A stretch of DNA of 64,000 bases from an uncultured virus (IMG/VR IMGVR_UViG_3300005573_001079) (taxonomy: Duplodnaviria; Heunggongvirae; Uroviricota; Caudoviricetes), in IMG/VR virus record IMGVR_UViG_3300005573_001079, positions 62,001-126,000 of that record; one strand, given 5' to 3'. The position numbers were made by a program, and so were the translations under genes. Every line of letters starts with the position of its first letter. Position 1 is the stretch's first letter. The notes beneath the pieces are model-generated. The model was given only the letters and a program-made list of their open reading frames with translations, did no database searches and had not been told where the DNA came from. This document shows positions 9,781 to 19,899 of this stretch, in pieces.

Positions 9781-10385
9781 AAGTTCCTCTCAAAAGTAGA
9801 CTTTGACTTTGGAGTTTCATAAAAATCTATCTTACTAACTTTAACTCCAGAGTCTTTTAATAAAGGTTTTAACATTTCTGTTACTATATCAAATACCCAC
9901 TTCGACAAATTTTCTGAAGTTGGTACAAAGTCTAAAATAGTTAATCCTTTCCATTTATCTAATAAACATAAATAAAAAGAATCTTCTTCTGCTTTAGACT
10001 TAATCATTTCTAAAATCGTTTGCTTTATTACATAATAACCCTCTCCTTTTGATTCTAAATAATCATAAACAGAACTGTCAAAAATTCCTAAAAGATTTTT
10101 TAACATTTCAAGTTCAGCTTTGAATAGAGGATCTTGTAAATGAAAAAGAAACTTATGATCAAGATAATCATTTACCCACTTTTTAAATATATTAAGATTA
10201 TTAAAGTCCGTTAACATTCCGTCTTCTCCTAAATTACTACCTTTCAAACTAACAACTATCTTACCTCTATGTCCATGTAAATGTCTACAAGCATTTGTAG
10301 ATGTTAGACTAAAATCTTTATTCAAATCTTGTGTCCACACTCTGTGGCCGTAATCAAATTCAAATTCTTTAGAAATTTCATACAT
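9777..10385 (-). CDS. queD: 6-carboxy-5,6,7,8-tetrahydropterin synthase
   Basis: KEFEFDYGHR, CRHLHGH, DFNNL, LDHKFL, PTSENL, YETP; carries an internal insertion. Confidence 0.9.
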   Translation of the reverse strand: MYEISKEFEFDYGHRVWTQDLNKDFSLTSTNACRHLHGHRGKIVVSLKGSNLGEDGMLTDFNNLNIFKKWVNDYLDHKFLFHLQDPLFKAELEMLKNLLGIFDSSVYDYLESKGEGYYVIKQTILEMIKSKAEEDSFYLCLLDKWKGLTILDFVPTSENLSKWVFDIVTEMLKPLLKDSGVKVSKIDFYETPKSKSTFERNL

Positions 10386-10404
10386 TTTTTAGTCCTCCTC
10401 TTAA

Positions 10405-11352
10405 TTATTGTTTTTCTACTTGTTCTATTAAATTAAAAGCTTCTTCTATAATGTCATCAGAATAATCTAATTCTTTACAAATTTGATATAATCTCTGTTT
10501 AACATCAACAATACCTACCTTGACATCTTGTATAAGCTCTAACACTCTATCAACTGAAATTTCCGGAATTTCTTCTTTTATTATTTTATCTTTAAAGGGA
10601 TGTTCTAAAGCACTTTTTAATTCTACAAAATTAAAATTAATTTTGTCCTCAATATCTATTATCAATACTTTAGGAATTCTTCTGACACCAGTATTATCAA
10701 GTCTTGCAATAGAGCCAGGATGTGCAAAAAAAGTACCCTTAATATTATGAACTTTCTTAAACCCCGGATGATAATGAGCACCTAATACTATATGAGATTC
10801 TGTCTTAACATTTTCTATCAAGACGTGTTCAAAAGGAGCAGGAGACTCTAATAAAGAACCATGAGTTAATTGAATTTGAATAGAACCATTCTTATATAAA
10901 GGCTTGTAATAATTTTCAGGATTAAAATCTAAATAATAAGTATGAGGAGTCCCACAAATAATAATGTCTTTTTGATTTTTTTTATCTTTCACCTCTACAA
11001 ACTGTTGATCACCAATCCCTACTAAATCTATTATACCAGATATAACTAAAGCTCCTACTGCAGTTCTTCTTAAACTTTTTAACTCATATCCATAATAATC
11101 ATGACTTCCTATTATTCCTATAATAGGTAAATTCCAAGACTTTAACACTTTAGCTAAATCATTAAAAGCGCTATAAGAAACATCTGGTCTATCTGTCCAA
11201 TCCCCGCCACATAAAACAATATCACAATTTTCTTTATTGAAAATATCTCCACATTCTTCTAATTTTAAAAGAAGAGAATTTCTAAAATTATCAGTTCTTC
11301 CTTCAGGAGTTTCTAACCTCATATGTATATCTGTTAAATATCCTATCCTCAT
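10405..11352 (-). CDS. sbcD: Mre11/SbcD-like metallophosphoesterase nuclease
   Basis: DIH, GGD, GSHD, THG, AHYH, PGS motifs; adjacent to the Rad50 N-terminal half. Confidence 0.85.
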   Translation of the reverse strand: MRIGYLTDIHMRLETPEGRTDNFRNSLLLKLEECGDIFNKENCDIVLCGGDWTDRPDVSYSAFNDLAKVLKSWNLPIIGIIGSHDYYGYELKSLRRTAVGALVISGIIDLVGIGDQQFVEVKDKKNQKDIIICGTPHTYYLDFNPENYYKPLYKNGSIQIQLTHGSLLESPAPFEHVLIENVKTESHIVLGAHYHPGFKKVHNIKGTFFAHPGSIARLDNTGVRRIPKVLIIDIEDKINFNFVELKSALEHPFKDKIIKEEIPEISVDRVLELIQDVKVGIVDVKQRLYQICKELDYSDDIIEEAFNLIEQVEKQ

Positions 11353-11375
11353 AATGTTTTCCTATGTTTAGTTAC

Positions 11376-12620
11376 TCAAAATGGTCTATTACAAATAGGA
11401 CAAATTTTTAGTTCTTCTTTTATTTTTTGTAAACATTGTACCTCTTTTTCTATTAACACTTTAATATCTTCTATCTGTTTTTCTTTTTCTTCAATATTAT
11501 TAAACAAATAATCAAAATGTTTTTTCTTCTCTTTTAAGAAAGAAATATTTTTATAAATTGTTTCTACTCTATCTAAAGATGATTTTAAAGAAGTAAAATC
11601 CAATGAGTAAATAAGATGTAAAGATTGTATTCTGTTAAACAACTTTAATTGTTTTTCTAAAAGGTTTTTCTTGTAAAAAAGAAAACTTAAATGATCTGTA
11701 TTAAGAGTTTTCGTAGTATCTAATACAGATAAAACAAGGTTGGTCGAACTTAAATTGTAACTAATAGAACTAAGTTTTCTTAAAAGAGTTAAAATAAAAG
11801 TTTTATTATGTAAAACACTTATATCAAAAGGTATAACAATTAAATCTACTATTCGTTTAACAGAAACTGCTTTAGTAATTAATAAATTTAAATCATTTAA
11901 ACTCTTGTTAAGATAATTCAAAAAATCTTCTTTATTTCGATATTCAATAACTTGATTCTTTATAGAATCCATTTCTATCAAAATACTATCAAGGTCTTCA
12001 TAATTAAGTAATTTTTTATCTAAATCTTCCTTCCTTTTTTTAAGAGTAGAAATTTCGGATTCTATCTTTTTCTCTTTCGTTTTTACAACCTGAAATGCTT
12101 TTTGTACAATATCTATTCCAGTAATCTTACTTATTATTTTATTTCTAATAGAAGCAAGTCCTTTCCCTCTTATCAAAAAGTCTTCATCTTTTTGAACGTG
12201 AAAATTTAAATCTATTTCTAAATTATCGTCTAATAGGATGGGAGGAGATACGCCTAAAGAATGAACTACCTCGTCTGGAATTCCCGTCTTAGAAAACTTA
12301 TTAAAAAAATATTCTTCTTTTGAAGGAAGTAATACCTTATAAGAGTTTTCTCCATTTCTTTCTATAACACGAAATACAGTAGTTTCTCCTAAATTTTCTA
12401 TAAAAGATTTAACAACAATACTACAAAGTTTAGAATCTTCTGGTAGTTCTCTTATAAAAGAATCTCCTAATGGTAAATTTCTAACTATCTTTCTTAAAGC
12501 CTTGAGAATAGCACTCTTTCCATGGTTATTTAATCCAATAATTGCAGTAACATTTGGGTCAAATTCAACAAAAGTATCTTTATGAGATTGAAAGTTTTTT
12601 ATATGTAATGACTTAATCAT
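11376..12620 (-). CDS. Rad50/SbcC ATPase, N-terminal half ending at the zinc hook
   Basis: IKNFQSH, Walker A GLNNHGKS, coiled coil, terminal CPICNRPF. Confidence 0.85.
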   Translation of the reverse strand: MIKSLHIKNFQSHKDTFVEFDPNVTAIIGLNNHGKSAILKALRKIVRNLPLGDSFIRELPEDSKLCSIVVKSFIENLGETTVFRVIERNGENSYKVLLPSKEEYFFNKFSKTGIPDEVVHSLGVSPPILLDDNLEIDLNFHVQKDEDFLIRGKGLASIRNKIISKITGIDIVQKAFQVVKTKEKKIESEISTLKKRKEDLDKKLLNYEDLDSILIEMDSIKNQVIEYRNKEDFLNYLNKSLNDLNLLITKAVSVKRIVDLIVIPFDISVLHNKTFILTLLRKLSSISYNLSSTNLVLSVLDTTKTLNTDHLSFLFYKKNLLEKQLKLFNRIQSLHLIYSLDFTSLKSSLDRVETIYKNISFLKEKKKHFDYLFNNIEEKEKQIEDIKVLIEKEVQCLQKIKEELKICPICNRPF

Positions 12621-12702
12621 ATCTTCTTATACTTTGTTTTTACTATTTATTATATTTAATATAATAATATACACAATCTCACACTTATAAATTATTTATT
12701 TC

Positions 12703-13755
12703 TTAATTCTTTGAAAAAATCATTTTTTGTAAAATACTCCCTCCTAACAACTCTGCGTTAGTTTGATCCCAAATATTATAAAGTCTATGCGCAACAGTTG
12801 TAATTTTATTTGCTATCTCATAATAAGTAAATGGTGTTATTGGAGAAAGAGGTAATTCTTGCCCAAGAAGAGCAGCTTTTTTATATTGAGTCTTATAAGC
12901 ATTAACATTATTAATCATATAATTACGAGTATTCTCGTCAAAACCAAATAAGAGATCTGCATCTGTCTTTGAAAATATTGAACTTGTCTTTTTCCAAATA
13001 TCTACAACATCTACTTGTGTTAAATAAGAATCTTTCTTCTTAGAAAACTTATCAAAAACTACACTAACAATTGCACTGTCATAACATTCGAAAGTATCAA
13101 AAAATCTTAACAATCTTATATCTGCAGGTTTTAAATAATTTGCAACCACTTTTCCTAAAAGAGGCATTATAAATGAATTTTCACAATCTATTTTATATAA
13201 CCCTGCGCATATTTGAAGAGGTTTTTTAGAAGTTAAAGAAGCATATAAAAACTCACCTACAAACATTGAATTTTGATCTGGAATTGATAATTCTTTAAAA
13301 ATAAAACTTATCTTCATTAAATCTTCGCTTGCTTGTATCCTTTTAATTGGTTTTGAAGCAAAAGTATCCAAAATAGAAGAATATGAAATTTCTGAATATT
13401 TCTTTTTAATAATTGTAGATACACTAACATCATTTCTCCATAAAACAGTTACTTCCATACCACTATTAAGTTGTTGTATTGATCTAATATCATATATCAA
13501 CACATCATAAGGAACTTTCTTTGCATAAATAACTGGTATACCTAAAACTTTTAAAAAGTCTTCAAACCCTTTTTTAGTTATATTACAAGATCTTCCAGCT
13601 ATTTCTAACTCTCCGGTTTCCTTTAAAGTAATATCTTTTAAAGTACAAGTTTGAGGAATTATATTAATATTAGATAATCCTATGATAGCATCTTGAACAT
13701 TATCAAAAGTATATAAAACTGGTTCAGGTGCAAAAGAAATAACACTGTAATACAT
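12703..13755 (-). CDS. Hypothetical protein, weakly DUF932-like
   Basis: YSEISY...AGLYKIDCENS resembles the DUF932 RxxCxNG region. Confidence 0.45.
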   Translation of the reverse strand: MYYSVISFAPEPVLYTFDNVQDAIIGLSNINIIPQTCTLKDITLKETGELEIAGRSCNITKKGFEDFLKVLGIPVIYAKKVPYDVLIYDIRSIQQLNSGMEVTVLWRNDVSVSTIIKKKYSEISYSSILDTFASKPIKRIQASEDLMKISFIFKELSIPDQNSMFVGEFLYASLTSKKPLQICAGLYKIDCENSFIMPLLGKVVANYLKPADIRLLRFFDTFECYDSAIVSVVFDKFSKKKDSYLTQVDVVDIWKKTSSIFSKTDADLLFGFDENTRNYMINNVNAYKTQYKKAALLGQELPLSPITPFTYYEIANKITTVAHRLYNIWDQTNAELLGGSILQKMIFSKN

Positions 13756-13775
13756 AATAACCTCCTTTTTTTATA

Positions 13776-14309
13776 TTATCTTCCAGAACTCCCAAATCCT
13801 TTAGTACTCCGTGCAGAATTGGAAAGTTTCTTTTTATGAAAAAAGATAACAGTAGGAACTCTAAAGAACTCTATTTGAGCAATTTTATCTCCTTTCTTAA
13901 CGGTAAAAGGATATTTGCCATGATTATATATAATTACGGTAAGTTCCTCTCTATAGTCATTATCAATTATACCTAAATGATTTCTCAAACCTTTTCTAAA
14001 AGCTAACCCTGAGCGTGTGTGAATTTTATATGCAACATTACCAAAAGGAGTGATTGTTAATGATAAGAAAGGAATATAAAAATGAAACGCAGGTGCAATC
14101 TTAATTCCTAATCTCACTTGTCTCCATTGTTCAGTTGGAATTGTTACACTTTCAACAGAATAAACATCCCAACACGCAGCTCTTCCATAAGACTTCGTTG
14201 GTTTCTTTGCTAAAGGATCTACTTTTTGAAAAAAAACAATTATAGGCCCTAAGTATCTTAAATATATCCATATTCCAAATATTACAAGTATTAAAGTAAA
14301 CATAAACAC
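13776..14309 (-). CDS. dut: Trimeric dUTPase with hydrophobic N-terminal extension
   Basis: Five motifs: AACWDV, RSGLA, GIIDNDYR, KIAQ, RSTKGFGSSG. Confidence 0.9.
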   Translation of the reverse strand: MFMFTLILVIFGIWIYLRYLGPIIVFFQKVDPLAKKPTKSYGRAACWDVYSVESVTIPTEQWRQVRLGIKIAPAFHFYIPFLSLTITPFGNVAYKIHTRSGLAFRKGLRNHLGIIDNDYREELTVIIYNHGKYPFTVKKGDKIAQIEFFRVPTVIFFHKKKLSNSARSTKGFGSSGR

Positions 14310-14318
14310 CTCACTAAT

Positions 14319-14960
14319 TTACTGAAATATCTTACTTATTTGTTTATACAAAGAAAACAAAGAATCTACATCTCTTGTGTTATACAAAATAATTTCTTCA
14401 TCAGTAGCTCTCAACATAAAATCTAAAGTGCTTTCTCCATCTTCTTTTATTTCTTTAGGATCAATTACTCCAAAAGAATAACACATCTCTTGTAAAGAAA
14501 TCTTAAACTTACCCCAATTAGTCATAACCTGCATTACATCGTAGTGAGGATTATTACGAAATCTTATTAAATTACAAAACCTTTGAGGAGGATTTATATT
14601 ATATAAAGCACATTTGTATAACAAATATGGGACATCAAAATCAATTCCATTATAAGTTACATATACTCCTCTATAGGTATTTTCAAAATCTTCTACTACA
14701 CTAATAAAATTCCTTATAAGAGATTCCTCATCTTCTCTTGAAAAAAAAGTATCTTTATATGCAATATTTTCTCCATCTATAGAAATTAAATAAGAAATAC
14801 ATATAACTCGAGAGTATTGAGGTTCATGAAAACAATAAGACTTTATCTTTTCTTCCTTTTCTTCTTCTGGAACATTTCTTACTTTATATCTAACAAGAGT
14901 TTCTAACTTTTTATCATGAGTTATAGGAAAAGTTTCTATATCAAACACAAGAAAAGGCAT
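14319..14960 (-). CDS. DnaQ-like 3'-5' exonuclease (stand-alone, PolB-exo-like)
   Basis: FDIET, YNGIDFDVPYL, YNTRDV. Confidence 0.85.
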   Translation of the reverse strand: MPFLVFDIETFPITHDKKLETLVRYKVRNVPEEEKEEKIKSYCFHEPQYSRVICISYLISIDGENIAYKDTFFSREDEESLIRNFISVVEDFENTYRGVYVTYNGIDFDVPYLLYKCALYNINPPQRFCNLIRFRNNPHYDVMQVMTNWGKFKISLQEMCYSFGVIDPKEIKEDGESTLDFMLRATDEEIILYNTRDVDSLFSLYKQISKIFQ

Positions 14961-14961
14961 T

Positions 14962-15480
14962 TTATTTCTCCTTTATTTTTGTATTTAAAAATTCCTTAGG
15001 ATTATAAAATTTTATAAAGTCCTCTAACAGAGTAATACATAAAGAATCATTAAAACCATTCTCTAAATAAAAAGAAGGTATCACTATAGAAAACTTATCA
15101 TAATTTGGGAAATCTTCTAACGCATACACACATAACACAGGATAATTATTAAACTTAATAATTAATAATCTCTTTTTGATATTTTCTTTATCAAATTTCA
15201 TTTTAGTTTCGGTAATTTGACTCCACCAACTATAAATCAAACTCTTTTTGTAATTTTTAAAGAATTTTAGAAAATCCCATTGCTTATAAAACTTACATTC
15301 TACTATAAAGGGAAAATTTATAGAACGATCTCTCGGGACAATATCTCCTGGCTCCCAATTTCCACCACTATTAACACTTCTCCAAAAAGTATGTGGTGGA
15401 ACGTTCCACCACATATCAAATATTTTTGAGATTCTTCTTTCGAAAGAAGACCCTTTTAATTTCCCTTTACCTTTTTTCAT
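14962..15480 (-). CDS. Holliday junction resolvase, Hjc-like PD-(D/E)xK
   Basis: KGSSFERRI, SGG..PGDI, IVECK. Confidence 0.75.
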   Translation of the reverse strand: MKKGKGKLKGSSFERRISKIFDMWWNVPPHTFWRSVNSGGNWEPGDIVPRDRSINFPFIVECKFYKQWDFLKFFKNYKKSLIYSWWSQITETKMKFDKENIKKRLLIIKFNNYPVLCVYALEDFPNYDKFSIVIPSFYLENGFNDSLCITLLEDFIKFYNPKEFLNTKIKEK

Positions 15481-15492
15481 AATCTAAAATAA

Positions 15493-16056
15493 TTATACTG
15501 GAAAATTAAATACTGATTTTTTATCTGAAGAAGGTTTCGTATCCTTATTATCAGAAGTCGTTGAATTAGGAGAAGATTGTGCACTTATTCTACCCCATGT
15601 TTCTTTAGAAACACCTCCTAATTTCTTATTAAAGATTTGTGTAGCTTTTCTTTGTTGTTCTTGAAATTCTTCTATACTCCATACATTTTTAAAATCATTT
15701 CTTTCTTGGTCGTTTACTTTAACAACTATAACATCTGCAACAAATTCTTTCCCTATTAATTCATCTGTATCAAATTCAATTTCCTTTTGTCCTTCAGGAA
15801 TAGACATCCCTACAGATTGAAATACCTTATAATATTTTGACTTAGGAGAACACCCTGCAGGAGTAGAATGAGTAAAAGTATCTCCAACTAACTCTGGATG
15901 GTCGGGAGATTCTACTATAATATCCTCCCAAACTAAAAATTGACTTCCTGCAGTAACACCTCTTTCTGATGTACGCACATCTATTTTGTTAACTCTAAGT
16001 ACGTACAATCCCTCTGGTTTTATTTCATAACCTTCTTTAATTTTGATAATTGCCAT
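15493..16056 (-). CDS. Probable single-stranded DNA-binding protein (DUF669-like)
   Basis: PEGLYVLRV...FDTDELIGKEF; flexible tail ending FNFPV; lies in the recombination block. Confidence 0.55.
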   Translation of the reverse strand: MAIIKIKEGYEIKPEGLYVLRVNKIDVRTSERGVTAGSQFLVWEDIIVESPDHPELVGDTFTHSTPAGCSPKSKYYKVFQSVGMSIPEGQKEIEFDTDELIGKEFVADVIVVKVNDQERNDFKNVWSIEEFQEQQRKATQIFNKKLGGVSKETWGRISAQSSPNSTTSDNKDTKPSSDKKSVFNFPV

Positions 16057-16161
16057 ATTATATCTCCTTTTTTTGTTAATTGATTTTTTTAATTATATAA
16101 TCAAAATAGCGTTTATTTTGATTTCTAAAAAATTATTTAAAATATATTATACAAATTTGTC

Positions 16162-16755
16162 TTATTCTTTTTGTCGTACTCCGGGAATCATACCTAACAT
16201 AATTTCATTTTCTACAATTTTTTGTTGTCTATTAAGATTCAAATTTGCTTTATCTAATGTATCTAATTTAAGAGTTACAATATCAGAATCAAACTTTAAA
16301 TCTTCCATAATCGAGTCTAAACCTTCTACTAAGTCTACTAATGCGCTTAGTTCTGATTGTATTGCTGCTTCTTGTAATTCTTTATTCCTCAAATTTTTAA
16401 TATCTGGATTATTAACTAATAATAAATTTTTCGCTTTTCTATACAATGTATTAACTCTATTTCTAAAGTAATTCCATATCTTCATTTCTTTCTTTACTTG
16501 CATTAAAATATAAGATACTCTATTATAACAAGCTTGAATATAAGAGTACTTCTCATTAAACTTATCAATACTTTCTTCTGGAACTGAATCTAAAACCACG
16601 TTAATCTCGTCTAGTTCTTCATATGGAACTTTATAAATCATACTCTGTCTTTCTTGTATTTCTTTTATTAAAAAGACAAGATCTTCTTCATATTCTTTAA
16701 TAGGATAATTAATTTCCTTTACAAAATTCTCTGATAGTTTAATCTTCGACATCAT
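16162..16755 (-). CDS. Helical hypothetical protein, possibly a recombination mediator
   Basis: 197 aa coiled coil directly downstream of recA. Confidence 0.45.
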   Translation of the reverse strand: MMSKIKLSENFVKEINYPIKEYEEDLVFLIKEIQERQSMIYKVPYEELDEINVVLDSVPEESIDKFNEKYSYIQACYNRVSYILMQVKKEMKIWNYFRNRVNTLYRKAKNLLLVNNPDIKNLRNKELQEAAIQSELSALVDLVEGLDSIMEDLKFDSDIVTLKLDTLDKANLNLNRQQKIVENEIMLGMIPGVRQKE

Positions 16756-17797
16756 TTACCTCCTTCTGATGATCTTCTGAAACTTCAATTGCATCTTTTT
16801 TAGGAATTCTGGAAGATTCTATCTTATTAATTAATTCAGATTTTAATTGATCTAAGTCTTGAGGATTTTCTTCTAAATACTTCTTAAAAGAACTACCTTG
16901 TACTTTTTTATCTTTAAAAATATACCACCCTCCTCCTATCTTTTTTATTAAATCATAAGAAATAGATAAATCAATAATATCTTGTATATAATCTATACCT
17001 TTACCGAAAATAATATCTACAGTAATCTCTTTAAAAGGAGGAGCTACTTTATTCTTAACAATTTTAATTCTTGTTTTATTACCTAATACTGAATCTCCTT
17101 GTTTAATACTAGAAATTCTTCTAACATCAATTCTTATAGAAGAATAAAACTTAAGCGCATTACCTCCAGGAGTAACTTCTGCATTACCCCACATTTGTCC
17201 AATATTATCTCTAAGTTGATTAATAAATATTAAACAAGCTTTACTCTTAGAAGTCAAAGCAACTAGTTTTCTTAAAGCTTGAGACATTAATCGTGCTTGT
17301 AATGCGACTTGTAAATCACCCATATTTCCTTCTAATTCGTCTTTTGGAGTCAACGCTGCAACGCTATCTACAACAATTGCGTCAATTGCGCCTGATCTAA
17401 TCAAAGCTTCTACAATTTCGAGAGCTTGTTCTCCATAATCTGGTTGGGATAGTAATAAACTATCAACATTTACTCCAATAGATTTTGCATAATCTACACT
17501 TAAAGAATGTTCCGCATCTATAAAAGCAGCCACCCCTCCTGATTTTTGACACTCTGCTAAAATATGTAAGCTTATTGTTGTTTTACCTCCACTTTGAGGA
17601 CCAAAAATTTCAATAATTCTACCTCTTGGAATGCCTCCTACTCCTAAAGCATAATCAAGAGAAATACATCCAGTAGAAATTGATTCAATTTTTTCTATTT
17701 TTGATTCTCCTAACCTCATTATGGAACCTTTCCCAAACATTTTTTCAATAGAAGCAATAGTATCATTCAAAATTTTTATTCTGTTTACATCTGTCAT
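16739..17797 (-). CDS. recA: RecA recombinase
   Basis: [48 protein letters not shown]. Confidence 0.97.
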   Translation of the reverse strand: MTDVNRIKILNDTIASIEKMFGKGSIMRLGESKIEKIESISTGCISLDYALGVGGIPRGRIIEIFGPQSGGKTTISLHILAECQKSGGVAAFIDAEHSLSVDYAKSIGVNVDSLLLSQPDYGEQALEIVEALIRSGAIDAIVVDSVAALTPKDELEGNMGDLQVALQARLMSQALRKLVALTSKSKACLIFINQLRDNIGQMWGNAEVTPGGNALKFYSSIRIDVRRISSIKQGDSVLGNKTRIKIVKNKVAPPFKEITVDIIFGKGIDYIQDIIDLSISYDLIKKIGGGWYIFKDKKVQGSSFKKYLEENPQDLDQLKSELINKIESSRIPKKDAIEVSEDHQKEVNDVED

Positions 17798-18129
17798 AAT
17801 TTTACCTCTTTATTATGTTTTTTCTTAGTTACCTTTTTTAAAATTTCTTCTGCTATTTCTTCTGCAAAATCGTGTAAAGTAGAAGAGCAAATAGAAGAAC
17901 AACTAGTAAAAATTTTTACTATATAACTATAAATTATCTCAACAAGTTCAATTTTTGTAATTTCTTTACTAATATCAATAATCGGAACATCTTTACTATA
18001 CGCAACTACGTTTTGGACTCTTTTAGAATTTCCTTGAAAAGAAACATACCAAATACCTTCAAACAAATCGGGTATACTTAATCCTGCGGGTTTATATCTT
18101 TTACCAACTTTTATATAATATACATCCAT
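17794..18129 (-). CDS. Hypothetical protein
   Basis: 111 aa ORF in the operon. Confidence 0.55.
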   Translation of the reverse strand: MDVYYIKVGKRYKPAGLSIPDLFEGIWYVSFQGNSKRVQNVVAYSKDVPIIDISKEITKIELVEIIYSYIVKIFTSCSSICSSTLHDFAEEIAEEILKKVTKKKHNKEVKL

Positions 18130-18134
18130 TTGTA

Positions 18135-18980
18135 CTAAACCTTATCTTTTATAAATTTATTATACAATAATAATTGTTTGTTTCTAGATTCATCATAACT
18201 CCTCTTTTTTAAAATAAAAAAATATGCATGTGTCACATAATACATCAAAGATAACAAAAGAGAATAATACGTAAACCCATATTCAACTACAAACCGCTCA
18301 AAGATATGATTCGACTGAAAAATATTAAAATGTTTCCTATTTCCTAATACACCTTTTATCAAAAAAACAACATCTTCTTGTGTATTTAGAGAAGACTCAT
18401 ATAATAAACCTAACGCTCTTCTTACTTTCCCAATACTCGAGATCCACTCAGATACTTTTATCATATCAAACTCTAAATTAACTCCACTTCTTTTTACATG
18501 CTTCTTCTTATAAGTTAAAACATTACCAGATATTAAAAAAGCACTTTCATAATTCAAATTATATAATCCTATCCCTAATCCATATGACATAAATTTATCA
18601 TAACAATTATAACCTTGCACAAAAGGAACCCATGTATCATTCCTAATACTAAACTTATATGAAGGAAGTATATAATTAATAAATAACCTATTATTATTTT
18701 TACCCCCTTCATTTATATCATAAACTTCATATTTTAATCCCTCTTTAAAAAGAGTATTCTCCACAGTTTCAACAAAATCTTTGTGAAGAATTACTTTATA
18801 ATTTGAAGATACTATAGTTAAAACATCTGCTGTTGGGTTTTCTAATAAAGAATTCTTTCTTACAAGTATATTTCCTAAACATTCTTGTATCTTTTCTTGA
18901 AAAGAAACAATTATAGGAATCTCAACTATATCGTAGTAAAAATCTTCTTTTTTAAGATTTCTTTGCTTTTTTAAAATCAT
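18135..18980 (-). CDS. DUF932-like protein
   Basis: IVSSNYKVILH...NCYD...GIGLY pattern. Confidence 0.5.
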   Translation of the reverse strand: MILKKQRNLKKEDFYYDIVEIPIIVSFQEKIQECLGNILVRKNSLLENPTADVLTIVSSNYKVILHKDFVETVENTLFKEGLKYEVYDINEGGKNNNRLFINYILPSYKFSIRNDTWVPFVQGYNCYDKFMSYGLGIGLYNLNYESAFLISGNVLTYKKKHVKRSGVNLEFDMIKVSEWISSIGKVRRALGLLYESSLNTQEDVVFLIKGVLGNRKHFNIFQSNHIFERFVVEYGFTYYSLLLSLMYYVTHAYFFILKKRSYDESRNKQLLLYNKFIKDKV

Positions 18981-19077
18981 TAAATCACCTCGCTAATTAC
19001 TAACTTTCCTTCTATATAAAATTTAATTTTTTTCATCAACTTTAATCCTTAAATTTTAACAACATAAAACAAATAAA

Positions 19078-19878
19078 CTACGATAAGCTCATTTGATCTC
19101 TCATATCTTTGATACTATTTATCAACATTTGAGGGTGGGATGAATGTGCATAAATAAACTCATCGGGATCTTTTGCCCCCTCTAAATCTAGAAAACCTAA
19201 TTTAATATTATCTAAACGTTTGGACATTTCTATAACTTTTTGTTTGGCTTTTCTTCCTGCATCATCATTATCAAAACAAAAAATAAAGTAATCTGCAAAA
19301 GTTTTCAACAATAAAAAATGAGTATACATAAAAGACGTTCCAAAAGGAGACACTACAATATGAATACCTGCTTTATAACAAGAAATTACATCTACATTGC
19401 CCTCTACAACAAATACGGTTCTGTATTTGATAATAGAATTTAAAGACTGATATAAACCATATAAAGATAAAGATTTTTGAAAAATTTCAGAAGTTTTAGT
19501 CATACGATATTTTGGTAAAGAATTATCTAATGTTCTACCACATATTGCTATTACATTTCCCTTTAAATCAAAAATAGGAAAAATTAAATGATGAGAAAAA
19601 AAACTATGATAAACATTATCATTATTTTTTTTCAAAACTCCTATTCTTTCTAAAAGAATTGGATCTATTTGATAAGTCTCAAAAAAGTTCTTATTGTATA
19701 CAATTCCAGGATCATAACCAATCAAAAATTTATCAATCATATTACTATCAATTCCCCTTTTACTACAATAATCTAATCCTTTTTGACTGTGAAAGAGAGA
19801 CTTCCTATAAAAATTCGCTAAATGATTCAAAGATAAAACAGCATCTTTATAATGTTTAAATAAAGCATCCAAATTCAT
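19078..19878 (-). CDS. DnaG-type primase catalytic core (no zinc-binding domain)
   Basis: LIFPIFD..GNVIAICGR, PKY, VVEGNVDV, CFDNDDAG, KDPDE. Confidence 0.9.
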   Translation of the reverse strand: MNLDALFKHYKDAVLSLNHLANFYRKSLFHSQKGLDYCSKRGIDSNMIDKFLIGYDPGIVYNKNFFETYQIDPILLERIGVLKKNNDNVYHSFFSHHLIFPIFDLKGNVIAICGRTLDNSLPKYRMTKTSEIFQKSLSLYGLYQSLNSIIKYRTVFVVEGNVDVISCYKAGIHIVVSPFGTSFMYTHFLLLKTFADYFIFCFDNDDAGRKAKQKVIEMSKRLDNIKLGFLDLEGAKDPDEFIYAHSSHPQMLINSIKDMRDQMSLS

Positions 19879-19899
19879 AGTATGTCTCTGAATATAAAA

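Noticed and set aside
18980..19036. 18-aa micro-ORF (MKKIKFYIEGKLVISEVI) overlapping the next start codon
   Set aside because: Too short to support; weak RBS and could be chance.
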